Below are positions 1 to 18,276 of a stretch of 64,000 nucleotides of DNA, in pieces. Under the pieces are notes generated by a model, which had not been told where the DNA came from, searched no databases, and saw only the letters and a program-made list of their open reading frames with translations. Within the stretch, counting starts at the first letter, position 1; each line of letters starts with the position of its first letter. The position numbers and the translations under genes were made by a program. The stretch lies in NCBI RefSeq assembly GCF_009914755.1, contig NC_060926.1. The stretch is one strand, 5' to 3'. Source of the stretch: the human T2T-CHM13v2.0 reference genome, Homo sapiens.

Positions 1-521
1 GGCCTCTCATCTGCTGCAGGTGTAATGACACAGCCTTCCTGGTGTGGGCAGCCTGTTTCAACATTCAGTGTGCATGCCTTTTGACCCAGTGGTTCGATTT
101 CTAGGAAACGATCACAGGAATATAATTACACTGCCACACCCTGTAATATGTATACAAGGACGCTCGATGAAGCTTTGTCTGTTAGGCCAAAGAACTGGAA
201 ACCACCAGGTTTTCAGTAGAAGCATGATTACATCAATTCTGTATGTCCATGTTGTGGAATATCCCCCAGAAATAAATAAAAAATATGTGGGTGAACTCAC
301 ATACTGACAGGACGGACACTACCATCCCATTTTATAAAAAAGAAAAACACACTTGTGTGTGTGCACACATGTGTCTGGAGAAAGCAAAAGTTTTGGAGGG
401 ATCCATGTCAAATGGTTAACAATGATTACTTTGAGCAGAGGAGTAGGATTGTTGTTGGGGCGGGATTTAAGACTTTCACTTTATTGGGGCGAATTAGTGT
501 AGCAAGAGTGCAGTCTGGTTA

Positions 522-890
<369 letters not shown>

Positions 891-1129
891 TTACTTAATC
901 TCTCATCACCTTTGATTTCTTCAGTAATAATAATAATGTACAGCAATTAGAGCAGTGCCTAGCACACAAGATACACTCTGTTAATGTTAGCTATTAAGTT
1001 AAAAATAAAGAATATTACTTTTGTAATTTTAGGAACAATAAAAAAAGAAGAAAGCAAAGTCATTCAAAGCTCCTCCAACCAGGAGGCATCATGCTGATGT
1101 CTTGATGGTTGATATTTTGGTAACTGCCA

Positions 1130-1700
1130 TTCTAGATCTCCTCGTGCATGCATGCACATATGCCTGTGTTTGCATTAACTGTACATTAATGGCACCACAA
1201 GGACCTTAAGGGTATAGTATCTAATGGACATCCTTTCATCTCTATTAGTATTAACATCATTCTGAAGTCCTTCTAGTATTCCACTGTCTGAATGTACCAT
1301 AATTGATAGGAACAGTTCTCAACTGGTAGACATTCAGATTATTTCTAATTATTCTTTATTATTAATTAAGGCTGGTTGGAACATCCTTGGTTCCTGCTCC
1401 ACAATTTCTTTAGGATAAACTCTCAGAAGTGGAATTACTGTGTCTGCACATTTTTACATTTATAACAAGCATTACCAAACTGTTTTCCAGAAAGCTTATG
1501 TCAGTGCCCACTGCCACCAATGAGATCTTACATTTCCCTAAAGTCTCCCAGACTTTGGTATTTTCATTCTTTTTCACCTTTGTTCATTTGGTAATTGAAA
1601 AATTATCTCACATTTGCACTCTTCTGATTACTAGTGAGATTGAACATCTTTTCCTTCATCAGATTTCCTCTTCACGTAACTGTATATTTTGCATTATCTA
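1130..1700 (-). mobile_element. Old L1 (L1ME-like) 3' fragment
   Basis: Degenerate L1 3' motifs (ggataaactctcagaagtggaattact, ctgattactagtgagattgaacatctttt). Confidence 0.6.
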
Positions 1701-2016
1701 TGTTTAACACCTTCATTCCATACATTTATTTGAGACAAGTTAACCAGGCACCTGGTGGGATCCTGGGGAATCAGATGGACACAGAATGGGGAGATCTAAT
1801 TAGAGAAGGACTGGGAGGTGAAGACCTGAAACATGGGGGCTGGAGCCAGAGACCAGGCAGACAAGTTGTAGCTGACCTTTTTGTGGAGAAATCTGTTTGG
1901 GAAATATCATTTAAATTATGGCAGATCCAAGACTATGTGATATCGAAAGTAAGATGTTTCTAAAAGGTATATTAACATAAGAGTTTACAAGGAATAGACC
2001 AAAGGATAAGTTCAAA

Positions 2017-2342
<326 letters not shown>

Positions 2343-3133
2343 CAGTCCAAATGTTTTAGTTGAGAGGATGCTCAACTTTTCTTCCTGAGGATCGACCTCC
2401 TATTCAGCTTGCCTTTTATTGTTTTTTTTTTCTCAAAAATAATACAAAAGATAAACTGAACTGTCACCCTGCTCCCAAAGACTCTTTTGCTACTCCATGG
2501 TCTTACCCACCCACCTAAAGGTGTGATGTGGCCCAGTGCATGGGGCCAGTTGAGTGGGTTGCTGTCTTCACTGTCTCACAAACATCCTAGGCCAGACAGT
2601 CTCAGGCAGCTCTCTCCCCTGACATCCCATTCTTCAGTCTTCTGCCCATACAAATGCAACTCCACCTGAAGGAGTGATAAGAGCAATGCTTCCTCTTTGA
2701 AACATCCTCTACTAACTCCAGATAGCAGATAGCAAAGACATGCAGTCCTCTCCACCTCTCAGGACTTCAACTATTTGTACTGTGTTAGGCATACACCAAA
2801 CATTAACCCCATAGACACACAGACAAGGGCGATAACCCACATGAGAATAGCCTGCATAAACACTAAATTACTTGTCTCCAATTTTAAGCCAATGCCAGAA
2901 CTAGACTCTGCTACCAGAATCCAGAAAATTTGATTTAAGAAATTCCGGAATATGAGACCATTTAACTAGGGACACCGCTCTAGTCCCCTCTATAACTATT
3001 TTGGGAATCCAGATGTTGAACCATTAAGCTTGCTACCTGGAACTTAATTTTGTGTTTTCAATGGCTACAGCTAGAAATTTAGCTCACTTTCACCTTGAAT
3101 GGAAAAGGAAACATGGAGGACCAAAGATCCATA

Positions 3134-4280
<1,147 letters not shown>

Positions 4281-4626
4281 AGGTAAAGTTTCTAACTTCT
4301 TAGGCTCAGAGCCTAAAATAATTAATTAATTCAGGCTCAGTGCCTAAATTAATAATTAATTGTAGCCAATCATGTTTTATGATTGTTTTGGTATATAACA
4401 AATGCCAAATATACATTAAGCTTTTTGAAGACAGGTGCCATTTCTTCCTCTCTGGTGTCCCCTTATGGTCTCCTGCCCAGATCAATTGCATTAAATGCTT
4501 GCTCCCTTCTGCTTGAGGGTAGCAAGACCTCACTGATCACTTTGGGTGAGATCTCGCTATGAGGAAATGACTGGGGAAAAAAAGCTTAAAACCCATTTTG
4601 TTTAAGTATATTTAAAAATACTCAGA

Positions 4627-4905
4627 AGCCGGGCATGGTGGCTCACACTTGTAATCCCAGCGCTCTGGGAGGCTGAGGTGGGAGGATTGCTTGAGACCTG
4701 CCTGAGAAACAAAGCAAGACTCCACTATACAAAAAATAAAATAATTAGCCAGGTGTGGTGGCATATGCCTGTAGTCCCAGCTACTCAGGAGGCTGAGGTA
4801 GGAGGATTAAGTCCAGGAGTTTGAGGCTGCAGTGAGCTGTGATCGCACCACTGCAATGAAGCTTAAGTGACAGAGAAAGACCCTATCTCTAAAAAGAAAG
4901 AAAGA
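4627..4905 (+). mobile_element. AluJ with internal deletion, within an L1M 3' fragment
   Basis: AluJ-like ggaggattgcttgag and gaggctgcagtgagctgtgatcgc. Confidence 0.85.
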
Positions 4906-6692
4906 GGCCTTATCTTTTAGAGACATAATGAAATATTTACAGATGGAATGATGTGGTGTCTGGGATTTGTGTCAACCTGACCTAGCATGTGTGTCTGTGT
5001 GTCTGGGGTAGTAGGTGGGGGACAGAGAAACAAGAATTGCTATGAGTTAGCTGTTAACTGTTGAAGCTGGGTGATGGGCAGGTGGGGGTTCATTCTGCTA
5101 TATACTACTTTTGTATAAATTTGAATTTTCCATAATAAAATCCTTAAACATTCTCCAGAATGAATAAAGGAATGGCCTCTGTAAAAAGCCTCTGGTCAAA
5201 GCCAAGTTTAAAAACTTGCAAAAGCCTGATAATAAGGTTCATGTGTAATCCCAAACAACTCATTGCAAAGTGAACTGTGTACCATGGTTGGCTTCAAAAA
5301 GTGGGGTATTAGAGTTGGGGAAGCAGGTCAAGTGGAAAGAAAATCTCCACGTTCTCCTTCATTATCCAGCAAAGCTTTAACTTTTAGGGATTTTGCCCAA
5401 GCTTGGGTGTAGACCCCCAACTCTGCATGCCAGGGTGGGCACCAGGTGCCCCGCTCCTGACTGGAATGTAGCTAAAAGGAACCTTGAAATGTCACTTGTC
5501 ACAGAAAGCAGCTCTCTGTCACACAAAGCAGGGCCAGAACTGAGGCCTTTTCTGTGCCTAGTAACTCGGTCAGAGATATAATTAGAGGACATTGCTGTTC
5601 AATTAATAACAAGAGCAGGAGAAAGCATCATGGCGCTAGCTACCAGGTACAGTCAAGGCTTCCAATGCTCAAACCACAGGATGGGAGAAGAGGAGGTTCT
5701 CCTTCAAGGAGGATCTGGAAAGGGCTGAAAACCAAGAGACCTCTATTCTAGTTGTCTCCTCAGATGGAAACTTCGTAACTCCCACTGATCCTGCTGGGCT
5801 AGAGTAAGTATCAGCAGTTTTCAATGGCTGCATTAGGATCATCTGGGAGCTTTTTACAAATTCTAAAACCCAGGCTGAATCTCAGACTAATTACATCAGA
5901 ATCTCAGGGGACTGACAATCAGACATCAATATTTTTTAAAAGGAAGACACAGATCCTTGAGATGATAAAACAACAGGCTGCCCATTATGTGTAGTTAGAT
6001 AAGAGTAAAATCTGGAGAATATACATAAACATTGTGATTGAAGAGAAGCTTCTATCTATACTATTTTGAATATCATTATAATTAAATAGTGTCTTGGTTA
6101 GTTTGTTTGCAAAATCCCCCCTAGGACATTCTAATTTAAAAAATGTAATCTCCCAATGTATGTAACCTTTAATGCTAAGGCTATGTTGCCTCCAAACATT
6201 TGTTTTAAGAATTACATTTGTGTGAATTTGTTTCTTTCATGAAGTTTACTCAGCTAAAATTTGTAAAGTATATATCCCTGTGGTCACTCTATCTATGTGG
6301 CCTCACCAACTTTATTCTGTAACTCTCCCACCCCGCCCCATTACCCAAAAGCTTGACTTCTGTGTATTAGTTACAAAGCATCAAGACATGTTTGTGCTTT
6401 CTGCCTAAGGCCTGTAATACATTTTGTAACTCCAACAAATTCATTTCTTAAAAGTAAGAAATGTAAGTTTTCCTTCAATATCCAGCAAAGTTTTTTAACT
6501 TCATATGAGTCATATCAGGATACTGAATTTCCCAACAGATACTGAAGACCAGTATTAATTCACTTAGAAGCCCGTTAAGAATTTTCCTAGAGATGTCTGA
6601 GGAATCATCAGATACTCCCCTGGTTCAGTCTTTGACAGAGGCACTAAAAAATGATCTGTGGAAGGAAGATTTTTCAAAAGGGGAACACCTGA

Positions 6693-7154
<462 letters not shown>

Positions 7155-8509
7155 TTACAATTTATTTGGCTAATTCATGCTACATAAAATCACGTGCATG
7201 AAAATATGTATGTGAGATAGTACAAGTTGTTTCTACAACGGATTATGACTTTGCATACCATGTATATGTTAATAAACCAAACTTGGCAGTAAATTTGAAA
7301 GATTATAAAGTATAAAAGACTGAGGGGGCAGGCATGGGTCAAGGGTCAGCACACATATGGAGAAGTTCAGAAGCTACCAGAAGGGGCTGATGAGCACCAG
7401 AAAGGCCTCACAGGCCTCTTGGGGCACCCACCCCGGTCCAGGCTCAGAAATTTTATCTTTTTAGTGTCCCAAAGATGATTAGGTCCAGTGACACTGTCTA
7501 ATGCTAACCAAGATCACAAAGGCTGATGCATAAACCTGAAGGCCAATTTATTTAATTTACAGTGAGATTTACAATCGTTATAGGGGTTTGTTATGTTCAT
7601 CCTCTAGCCTTTGCATTCTCTCCTTATGGGCAGATATACAGGGTAAGCCAAATTATCACCAAAAAGTTGCTGAATATAGAATCAGAATGAGTTAATCATT
7701 AGTTAAGTGATTCCAGTGTTTAATAGACTTAGGATGATCTTTCATCTCTACTCATGAGATATGTCTAGGACTAGGATCAGATTGATAGGGCCTTCTGTCT
7801 TAGATTGTTCTGCAATGAACCCCACTTCCTCCCATGGCTGACTGATTCCCTTTGAATGAAAGTCTTTCCTTTTGGTGGCCTAGGAACCTCCGCTGAGGGC
7901 CTTTGGTGATGCAGTACAGTTTGGGCATTACAGGAGAAACACTCCTTCCCAGACAGTGATGAACTGCAGTGGCACAGCTGGTGGTGATGGGGCAGAGGTG
8001 TGGCATTCGAGGGAGCTGTGGTGAATGGAATGGGGGTGGCCTCTGCTCCCAAGCTCATGCATTTGGTGAAGGGTCCATCCTCCTGCACACCATGTCCTCA
8101 TTCAGGGTTGAAGGAGAGCCCACAGCTAAGTGAATGTCATCAGACAAAGTTACTGAAAAATTCTGAATGGGCTCCTTCAAGGAGAGGCTTCTGGAACCAA
8201 AACCTCTCTGAGGGCCACTTGTCTGTGTATCCAGGAAGTCCCTGTAATTGCCCCATGGGACTGTCATCTACGCAGTGGTCTGCCTCCCTCAGAGTCTGCT
8301 GGTACCTCCCTTCACTGCCTCTCAGGAGAGGCCCTCTCCTCACCTAGGCACTCTCTTCCACCTCTGCTATTCTGGGCCAAGTTCAAAAGTCACCTCTCCT
8401 TCCCAGTTGGGAAGACAATGCCTTCCCAAGGGCCAAGGTTGAGGAGACCTCTCTTTCCTCTAACTCGCATCACACTTTTTATCATTTATCACATAACACT
8501 TCCTAATCA

Positions 8510-8750
8510 CGACAACAGCTAAAGCTTACTGAGGGCTTTCTATGTGCCAGGCACTATGCTAAGCACTTAACAGGTATTATCTCATTTAATCCTTAAATCT
8601 GTCTCATGAGGTAGGTCTGTGACTATTTCATTGTACAGGTGAGGAGACTGAGACCCTTAGAGGATGAGGAGCCTGCCCAAGGTCATGCAGCTTATAAGAG
8701 ACAGGGTTTGAAGGCATGTCTTTAGATTCTAGAGCCTGTTCTCACCACTT
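8510..8750 (-). mobile_element. MIR (donor of the 6872-7010 copy)
   Basis: tatgtgccaggcactatgctaagcac...gaggagactgag...gcccaaggtca MIR core. Confidence 0.8.
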
Positions 8751-8814
8751 TGCACATACCACCCTGGGTTTTAGTTAGCTGTGTGTATGAGCACATGCCT
8801 GCTTTATACCAGAT

Positions 8815-9087
8815 TGGGGTTGAAATATCATGTCTCATGGGCTCCAAGCACCCCACAGCCTGTTTTTGTACGGCCAGCTAGCTAAGCATGGTTTTTATAT
8901 ATTTAAAGCATTGTAAAGAAGGAGAAAGAGTAGGCAGAAGAGAGAAAGGAGAGGAGAAGGAGAGAAAAAGAGAAGAGGAGCGGGGAGAGGAGGGGAAATA
9001 AAAGGACAGGGGAAGAGATCATCTGTGCACAAAAAGCCTAAAATATTTTCTGTCTGGCCATTAACTGAACATGTTTGCTGATACCTG
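8815..9087 (+). mobile_element. MER58-type (hAT-Charlie) element with internal purine-rich expansion
   Basis: cagcctgtttttgtacggcc...aagcctaaaatattttctgtctggcc...gtttgctgatacctg. Confidence 0.7.
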
Positions 9088-9476
9088 TACTAGATCATAA
9101 GCTCTTTAAGAACAGATTCATATTTTACTCATTTTAATTCTCCCACAGGACCTAACACAACATCCCCTCAACTATTTTTGGAATGAAAGAAGAAAGGTGT
9201 GGATAAAACAACCTCTCCAAAGCTCTCCTAGACTCAGAAGTTAGAGCTTCCACCTTTCCGCTGCTCTAGGGATTGATGTAGTGCTGCAGTTACATCAGCA
9301 GATCTCCATGGACAGAGATGGGGTGTGGTCTCTCTCTCCTTCAAGAGGAAGATGAGTTTGAGTTTGTAAAATTGCACCACCTATACTCTCATAGGCAACT
9401 TGAAGAATTCTGAAAGTTCTGGTTGGTATTAGAGGCAGAACTGTGGCCAAAGGATTGCTTACGTTAAGTGTATATC

Positions 9477-9532
9477 TTCATTACTACAGGTATGAAAGAC
9501 ATATTCATTACTACAGGTATGAAAGACATATT
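9477..9532. repeat. Perfect 27-bp tandem duplication
   Basis: TTCATTACTACAGGTATGAAAGACATA x2. Confidence 0.95.
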
Positions 9533-9539
9533 TGGGGTG

Positions 9540-10536
<997 letters not shown>

Positions 10537-11949
10537 CTAAGTTGTATAAACCAACAGAAATATGATATTTTTGAGACAGTAAGAGAAACTGAATCTAGAC
10601 TAGATAACCAATTATAGTAAGGAATTTTTCTCAATTTTATTAGGAAATATAACGGCATTGTGTTTACAATGAAGTCTAATTCACAAAGATGTGTACTGAA
10701 ATGTTTACAACATTCAGGATTGCCTTTAAAATACCCCAGCAAAAGCAAACAACAAAAAAAAAATCCCCAAAAGCAAACAAAAAAAGTGGTGGAGATAGAT
10801 AAATATGAAACTTTGATGAAGCTGGGTGATGGGGACCATTCTCTCTACTTTTTGTGTTTGAAATTTTTCATAATAAAAAGTTTAAATATATATTTGGATA
10901 TATAAAAATATACATGAATAGGTAAATCAAGTAGGGGTTTTGACATGAAGGTGGTCTGATGGTGGGGTTATTCCCCTTCTGACAGCTGCAACTGAGTGAG
11001 CTATCCAGGGATGACTTTGGTTGGGGGAGGTGTTTGCTCCTGCAGACCAGCTCCAAGGGTTCTGAGGAGCTGCCAGCCAGTTGTGCCCTATCTGGGAAGA
11101 GCTTCCTGAGTGCTCCAGTCCCTCCCATCTCTCCTCACTTAATTAGCCTTCCAATCTCACTCACTGGCCAACTAATCTGATTGTACTATCCTGGGTCAAC
11201 CGCGTGATGGCCTTGTGTCACTGCCTGGCTGTCCCCATGGGTGTGGACTTGTGCTTCCCCTGTCTGATTGCAGGACTTTGAAGGTCTCTTTTGCAGCTCC
11301 ACCCTGGAATAACTGTAAGTTATCCTAAGTCCCTGAGGGATGAAAGCCCCTAGCATAGCCCTCATTCTGTGTTACACTGCCAGCTGTGAGAGCACTGGAT
11401 GGAACCCAGGGCCTCTGAGACTTCAGGGAACCTTTTACCTGGGGCTTGATCCAGGTTCTGATTCATATAAAAATCCCTTTTTCCTACTTCACCAACATAA
11501 GCCTCAAGTGTCAGTGTTGGACTAGCATAGAGAGAGGGAAGGACCAAGTTAGATACTGGACATAAAAGCAGCTGGATAATGACAAAGAGTATAATTATTC
11601 AGAACACTAGATCAGCAGAAGGTGGAAGTCAAACAACCTTAAAAATCTTCATCTGACCATAAATCTCCATGTGTGACTCCACTGCAATAAAACAAGAGAG
11701 CGATGGCTGCTAGCCTGCAGCTGCTTACCTGGCTCATGTATACCAGCCATCTGCAGCTCCTACAGTCGCTTTTCCACCCCACCTGTCTCCTCAAACCAGA
11801 GACCGGCCTGGAATTCCCTCAACTCCCTGCTAGGAGCCCCTCCACCTGTGCCCAGGGCCGCCTTGCTCCATCCAGCAGCCTCCCTCAGCTTCTTTTCCCT
11901 TTAAATGACTCTCTTTTCCCTGGACACTTCTTGTAAGCCTACGATGTGC

Positions 11950-13345
11950 TCAGACTTCGCTGACCCTCAAAAACAAAAGGATCTCCCTTGGCCCATGTTC
12001 TCCTTAAGAGGCTTCCTTCACTCCTGCCCTTCATGGACAAGCATCTTGGAAGAACTGTCAGGTGAACCCAGCTTTTTACTTTTAACTCTTCTCAACTTAC
12101 TGCCCTCTGGCTTCTGCCCTACCCCTCCTCAGACTGCGGGAGTAGGTCCATCCTGCGGATGCGCTTCAGTTCTTGCGGTACTTCTTATCCCCTCCCTTCA
12201 TCTTGAATGTCTCTCAGCCCTTGATTTCCAGGACAAAGCCCTCCTTCCATTCCCCTCCTAACCTCCTGGTTGCCCCTTCTCAGTCTCTTTCGTGGGTTCC
12301 TCTTCCTCTGCCCATCCTGCAAATACTGAAGTTCCTAGGGGCTCTGTTCTGGGCTCTCTTCTCACTTCACAGACCTCAGGGGCAACCTTATCCTTTTCTG
12401 TGGGCTTGATTTCCACCTAGATGCTGATGCCTCACAAATTTATGCTTCTCTACTGAACTCCAGACACGGTGGCCACATGATGACCCCTGGACATCTCCAC
12501 TTGGAGTTTCCTCAAATAGAACCTGTCCAAAATGGAACTCATTATCAACTGCCCCCAAAACAAAATTTAAAAATATCCAATGTAATAAAACTTTACTACT
12601 ACATTTGTGTTTTCTAAGCTGCTACCATGAGGTACTCACTAGCTCAGGTTGGAATTCTGGGTGTCTCCCTGACTATCTGTCCCCACGTGCCATCTGTTAT
12701 CAAGTCTTGTCAATTGTACCTTTTAAATTTTGTCTCAATCTACCCCTTCTCTCTATCCCTACTGCCAGCATCTCTCCCTTGGACCAGCCTCTTAACTAGC
12801 CAAGTCTTGCCCCCTTTTATCCATTCTCCACACTAAAGTGAGATGAACTCTCTTAAGGATATGCACGATTCTGTCCTTTTCCCACCTAGAACCCTTCTGT
12901 GGTCCTCTGAAGCTCTCAGCACCAAGTTCCAACACTGCAACATGGCTGGCATAGAATCTGCATCATCAGCCCTGCCATTCCCTGCCTCCTATTCTACAGT
13001 CCAGCCACAGGAAACCTGTGCCTTTTCCTCTATGTGTCTGTTTGCCCTATTCCAGAGGCCTCTTCCCCCTTCCCTACCCTCTCCTGGCTAACTCTGACCC
13101 ATCCTTCAGGTCTCAATGTGAACATCTCTTCCTCCTAGAAGCCTTCCTTGACCCCTCCTGCCTGGATTAGATGCCCCTATGCTCTGCTTTCACAGTGCCC
13201 CCATTACCAAATGCCCCCTTATTTGCCTCAGTGTCCAATTAGACTGAGAGCCCAAGAGAGCAGGGGCAGCATCTGCCATGTTCCATTTTTATATCTCTAG
13301 CAGGCTCAGGGCTTGCAGATAATAAATATTAGTTGATGAATGAAC
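11950..13345 (+). mobile_element. L2 remnant
   Basis: tgaactccagac...ggacatctccacttgg..., pyrimidine-rich body, 3' end aataaatattagttgatgaatgaa. Confidence 0.7.
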
Positions 13346-13448
13346 CAAGTTTGTTGATTTCTGCACTGGGAGCTCAGCATCCTACTCTCCTTCAAACTGA
13401 GTGGGCAGCTCTGGCTCCACTGGAAGGTTGATTCCAGATGGGTGGTGA

Positions 13449-14070
<622 letters not shown>

Positions 14071-16672
14071 TGAGACCAGAAGCAGCTTGGATTTGGAATT
14101 TGCTTTCACAGCTCTTGGGAGGCGCTAAGCTCTGGTTATTTCTGAGTAACCCCAAAGGGCCCTCCACACTTGGGTGGGTTCCAACCCAGGTCATTCTCCT
14201 TCCCAGCCCCTCCACTTGCAGTCAGGCAGAGGTGGGCATGAGAGAGGATAGAATTCTGGGTAAATAGTTTGCTCACAGTCAGGTGGTCGCCCCCACCCAA
14301 TCTGATCCAGCCCTCCCTTCAGGCAAGGTCATTATCAGCAAACAGCCAGCTGCATTTCCCTCATGGGAATGCTAGAGACAGAGTTAATAAAAATCTATCT
14401 TATTAACAGCCTGACCTACCAGCATTGATCACATTAGAAATGACGCTGCACACACAGTCCCCATTATGTGCATGGTGCTAGGCTCAGCAGAGCTCAAAAA
14501 GCCATTTAAATCCCTCCAGGAGTGACTCCTCCAAGGGCCTGAAACATCCCCCAAACTAATAACTCCCGACAAAGCACTGCCAGGGAAAATTCCTTGCGGA
14601 TTTGAGATTTTCACTCTGTTAATCTCCTAACTCAATAAAGCAAACACTCCCTGCAGCAAATTAAATACTTTTATTAAAGCGTCCCCTCCCCGATTCTCTT
14701 TGACATGGGCATTGTGGACCATAACCGTCTTGGAGCCTGAGTGTCTGTGTGAGGGGCTGTCCCCTACTCCCTATCATTTTCTCCTGTTACTCTAAGAAGG
14801 CCCAGAACCCATTATGATTTACTGATTCTTAGATTCTCAAAACATCTGAGATCTCTAGCTTCCCTGAGTGGCTCCACTGGCCTGTCAACTGAAGAAACTG
14901 CTATTTTTTTGTGGGGGTGACAAGCCTCAAACAGCTCTGACCCAAGCACCTCTAACCTTGTAGTTTGCCTGGAGGAGGGCCCAGCAAAACTGTTCAGGCC
15001 CATGGTGGGCTTCTTGGCTGATGGTCAAACCCTTCTTCTGACTTCACTAGGGGCTTGCTGGTCATACCTTGGAGAGTTATCTGGAAACCAGATGGGGTTA
15101 GCTGTAGAGAGTAGAAAAGGGTGGAGCAGAAGTCGAGAAAGCTACTCTCTTCCCACATTTTCCTGTCCGCAAGCTGGCCTTCAAGCTACTCCTCTTTGGG
15201 ATCTGCCTAGAATTGGGTTCGACCACTTTAACTTCTAGTCATTGCTTTCTTCTCACTGCTGGTTGGAGCCAGGTTATCCTGAGGTCCTGATGGCCTTTCT
15301 TCCAGGACCTCCTCAGATGCCATCTTCAGAAAGCCTGCTTTGCAGGGAAACCTACCACTTTGCAGATGGTAACTGCCAGACCCCTTTATGTTTTAGGAGA
15401 AGCCCCCTTCTAGAAACATCCTCATCTACAGTTTCTTGGTTCCTTCACTGGGTCTGGAGTGCAGAGGGCTTTGTGAATCCACACTCTGAGAGAATAGAGA
15501 CAGTGTGGTTTGCCTTTGGTGATAGTCAGGTCTCTGGGGGCCATAAGGCCTTCTTGGCAAGGGCTCCACGGGTGTGTGTGATAGGCCCTCGTGGAGGGTC
15601 TGGTCCTGGCAACCATGGCTAGGGCTTCTGGATGCAGACCCTGTCCAGGGTGTGGAGAAGGCACCTTCCCCTTCCTGGGCCTCTGAGAAGGCCCTGCCCA
15701 GATTTCCTCCTCTCTATTTGCTCACTCTGGGCAGGAGAGGCCCTCGTTCAGGGCGGGCAGTGGCTTCAGGCCCTGGCCCCTCAGAGGTGTTAAGACATAA
15801 TAACCCAGGGTGGGTCCTGGTCATTTGAAATGTCCCCCTTCCCTGTCAATCTTGGATAGGCATCCTGGGCTCTGCAGCTCTCCCCATGTATCTCTGACCC
15901 CAACAGAATTGCTTCCAGACCTATGTTCTTCCCTGGAAGTCAAAACAGTCACTGGAAGTTAGAGACAGAAAGAGAAAGGGCTGAGAAAATGAGGAAAGGA
16001 AGACAAAGTCCATTATCCCTCAAGTGGGAAGTCAGACAGGCCTGGACTGGAATCCATATTCAGCCACCTACATGCTCTGACCCCTGGTGAGCTACTTGCT
16101 CCCCTTCACCTCAGTTTCCTATCTATAAAATAGGGATAATGAAAATTCCACCCACTCAGGGTCACTGTGCAACTTGCAGGAGACAAGCCGTGAATCGATC
16201 AGCACCGTAAGTGTTCAAAGAACGGCATCATAGGAAGAGATTCAATGGCTTCCACACAGGGACCGGGCCCAGATGTGGAGCTGGGGATTTGTTCCTCTCT
16301 GAGGCCCGCAGGGACTTATTTACTAGTACACCCAGTGGCTTTTCTTCCAGATACATGGTACGTGGAGTGGGGAAAACCTGGGGGTGTCCAAACCTGTGCC
16401 TTCTGGCTCTGCACAGCAACTACCCAGGCTAGTGAGGGAGATGAGCGAGGGAAGAGCCCAGGCCATGGTTGGGGGCAGCTGTCAGGCTCTGGGTGTCACA
16501 GTGGCCCCCATGCAGAGACAGACCTGGGCACGGTTGAGTCTATGCACTCTCAACTTGGGCATAATTGCCCCCAAGGGGGCAAAAACTGTTTCTTCGAGGA
16601 GTGAAAATATTTTAGATATTACAATGGTTTGTGGTACTCTAGAGCTACACTCGACCTGACAAATCTTATTCC

Positions 16673-16981
<309 letters not shown>

Positions 16982-17549
16982 CTTATTCCTTATTTCTAAT
17001 GAAAGAAATTAAATATTAATTTAATAAAGTTGATTTAAATCAAATTAAATTCTTCTCCTGGGGGCAGAGTGGCATCATGTAAAGAAGGTGGAGAAATATC
17101 GGCAGTCTGTCTTCCTGTCTGAAGGTCCCTCCCGCTGCCTCTTACCATAGCCTTCCTTCCCCTTGGGCTCTTGGGAGCATTGGGCACTGCTGAACAGTCC
17201 AGTTAAGTCCCAAGGCCCCTTTGTCACAGGCACTGGGGATATGAGCAGTGCCAACCATTCTTACCCTGCCCCTCCCTTGGCTCCTGCGACTTCTCCGTGC
17301 GGCTCCCCTCCAGTTTCTGCTCTCCGTATATATGGAGTGCTCTCTGCTCCACACGCTTTTCTCCATGGCTCCAACTCTGCAGCCCCAAACTCTGCCAGAT
17401 AGCCCTCTCCATCTGGATTTTTCCCACCATTCAGACTTGATGTGCCTGGCACACCTTCTCCTTCCTCCAAGAAGCCCTCGCTGTCTACCCCAGCCTGCTT
17501 GTTACTTTCCCTTTTACAGCATTTACCTTGAACCATTTTATATTAAAGA

Positions 17550-17775
17550 ACATCCTGGGTAAAAAAGTGAGACCTTATCACTACAAAAAATAAAAATAAT
17601 TAGCTGGATGCAGTGGCATGTGACTGAAGTACCAGCTACTTGGGAGGCTGAAGCGGGAGGATCACTTGAGCCCAGGAGTTTGAGCCTGCGTGCAGTAAGC
17701 TATGATTACCCTACTGCACTGAAGCCTGGGCGACATAATGAGACCCTGTCTCTGGAAAAACAACAACAACGAGAA
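17550..17775 (+). mobile_element. 5'-truncated AluJ
   Basis: Right arm plus partial left arm. Confidence 0.8.
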
Positions 17776-17780
17776 GAATG

Positions 17781-18014
17781 CAGTTGACCCCTGAACAACA
17801 TGGATTTTGAACTGCATGGGCCCACTTACACAGGTTTTCTTCAACCAAATGGGGTCAAAAATACAGTATTCATGGGATGCAAAACCTGCATATATGGGCC
17901 ATTGTTTCATATAGGTAGTTCCACAGGGCCAACTGGGAGACTTGAATATATGCGGATTTTGCCATCAGCAGGCAGTCCTGGAACCAGTGCCCTATGGATA
18001 TGGAGGGACAATGG
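17781..18014 (-). mobile_element. MER8-type TcMar-Tigger MITE
   Basis: Termini cagttgacccctgaacaac... and ...ggatatggagggacaatg; internal aaaatacagtattc and gtcctggaacca. Confidence 0.75.
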
Positions 18015-18276
18015 TATATGCCCTTGTATTACTCTCAGAGTTTCATGGATGACTGTTCTATCTTCCCACTTGAACTTTAATTTATTTGAGGATGAAGAGG
18101 AATTCATAAGGTTCTGTTTGCTCCTTAGTTCTGGACACCAAGGAAGGCAGCTGGGAGGGTCTTTGTGGACCAGGAAGCTCTCAAAGTACAAGGTGCCACT
18201 TCCCACCAGGAGGGTCAGGCAAGCCCAGGCTGTGTGAGACTGAAGTGCCCACCTCCCTCGTGGGGCCCCGCCTCAC

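Noticed and set aside
17007-17051. AT-rich palindromes (TTGATTTAAATCAA at 17030-17043)
   Set aside because: Short, and expected in low-complexity AT-rich sequence.
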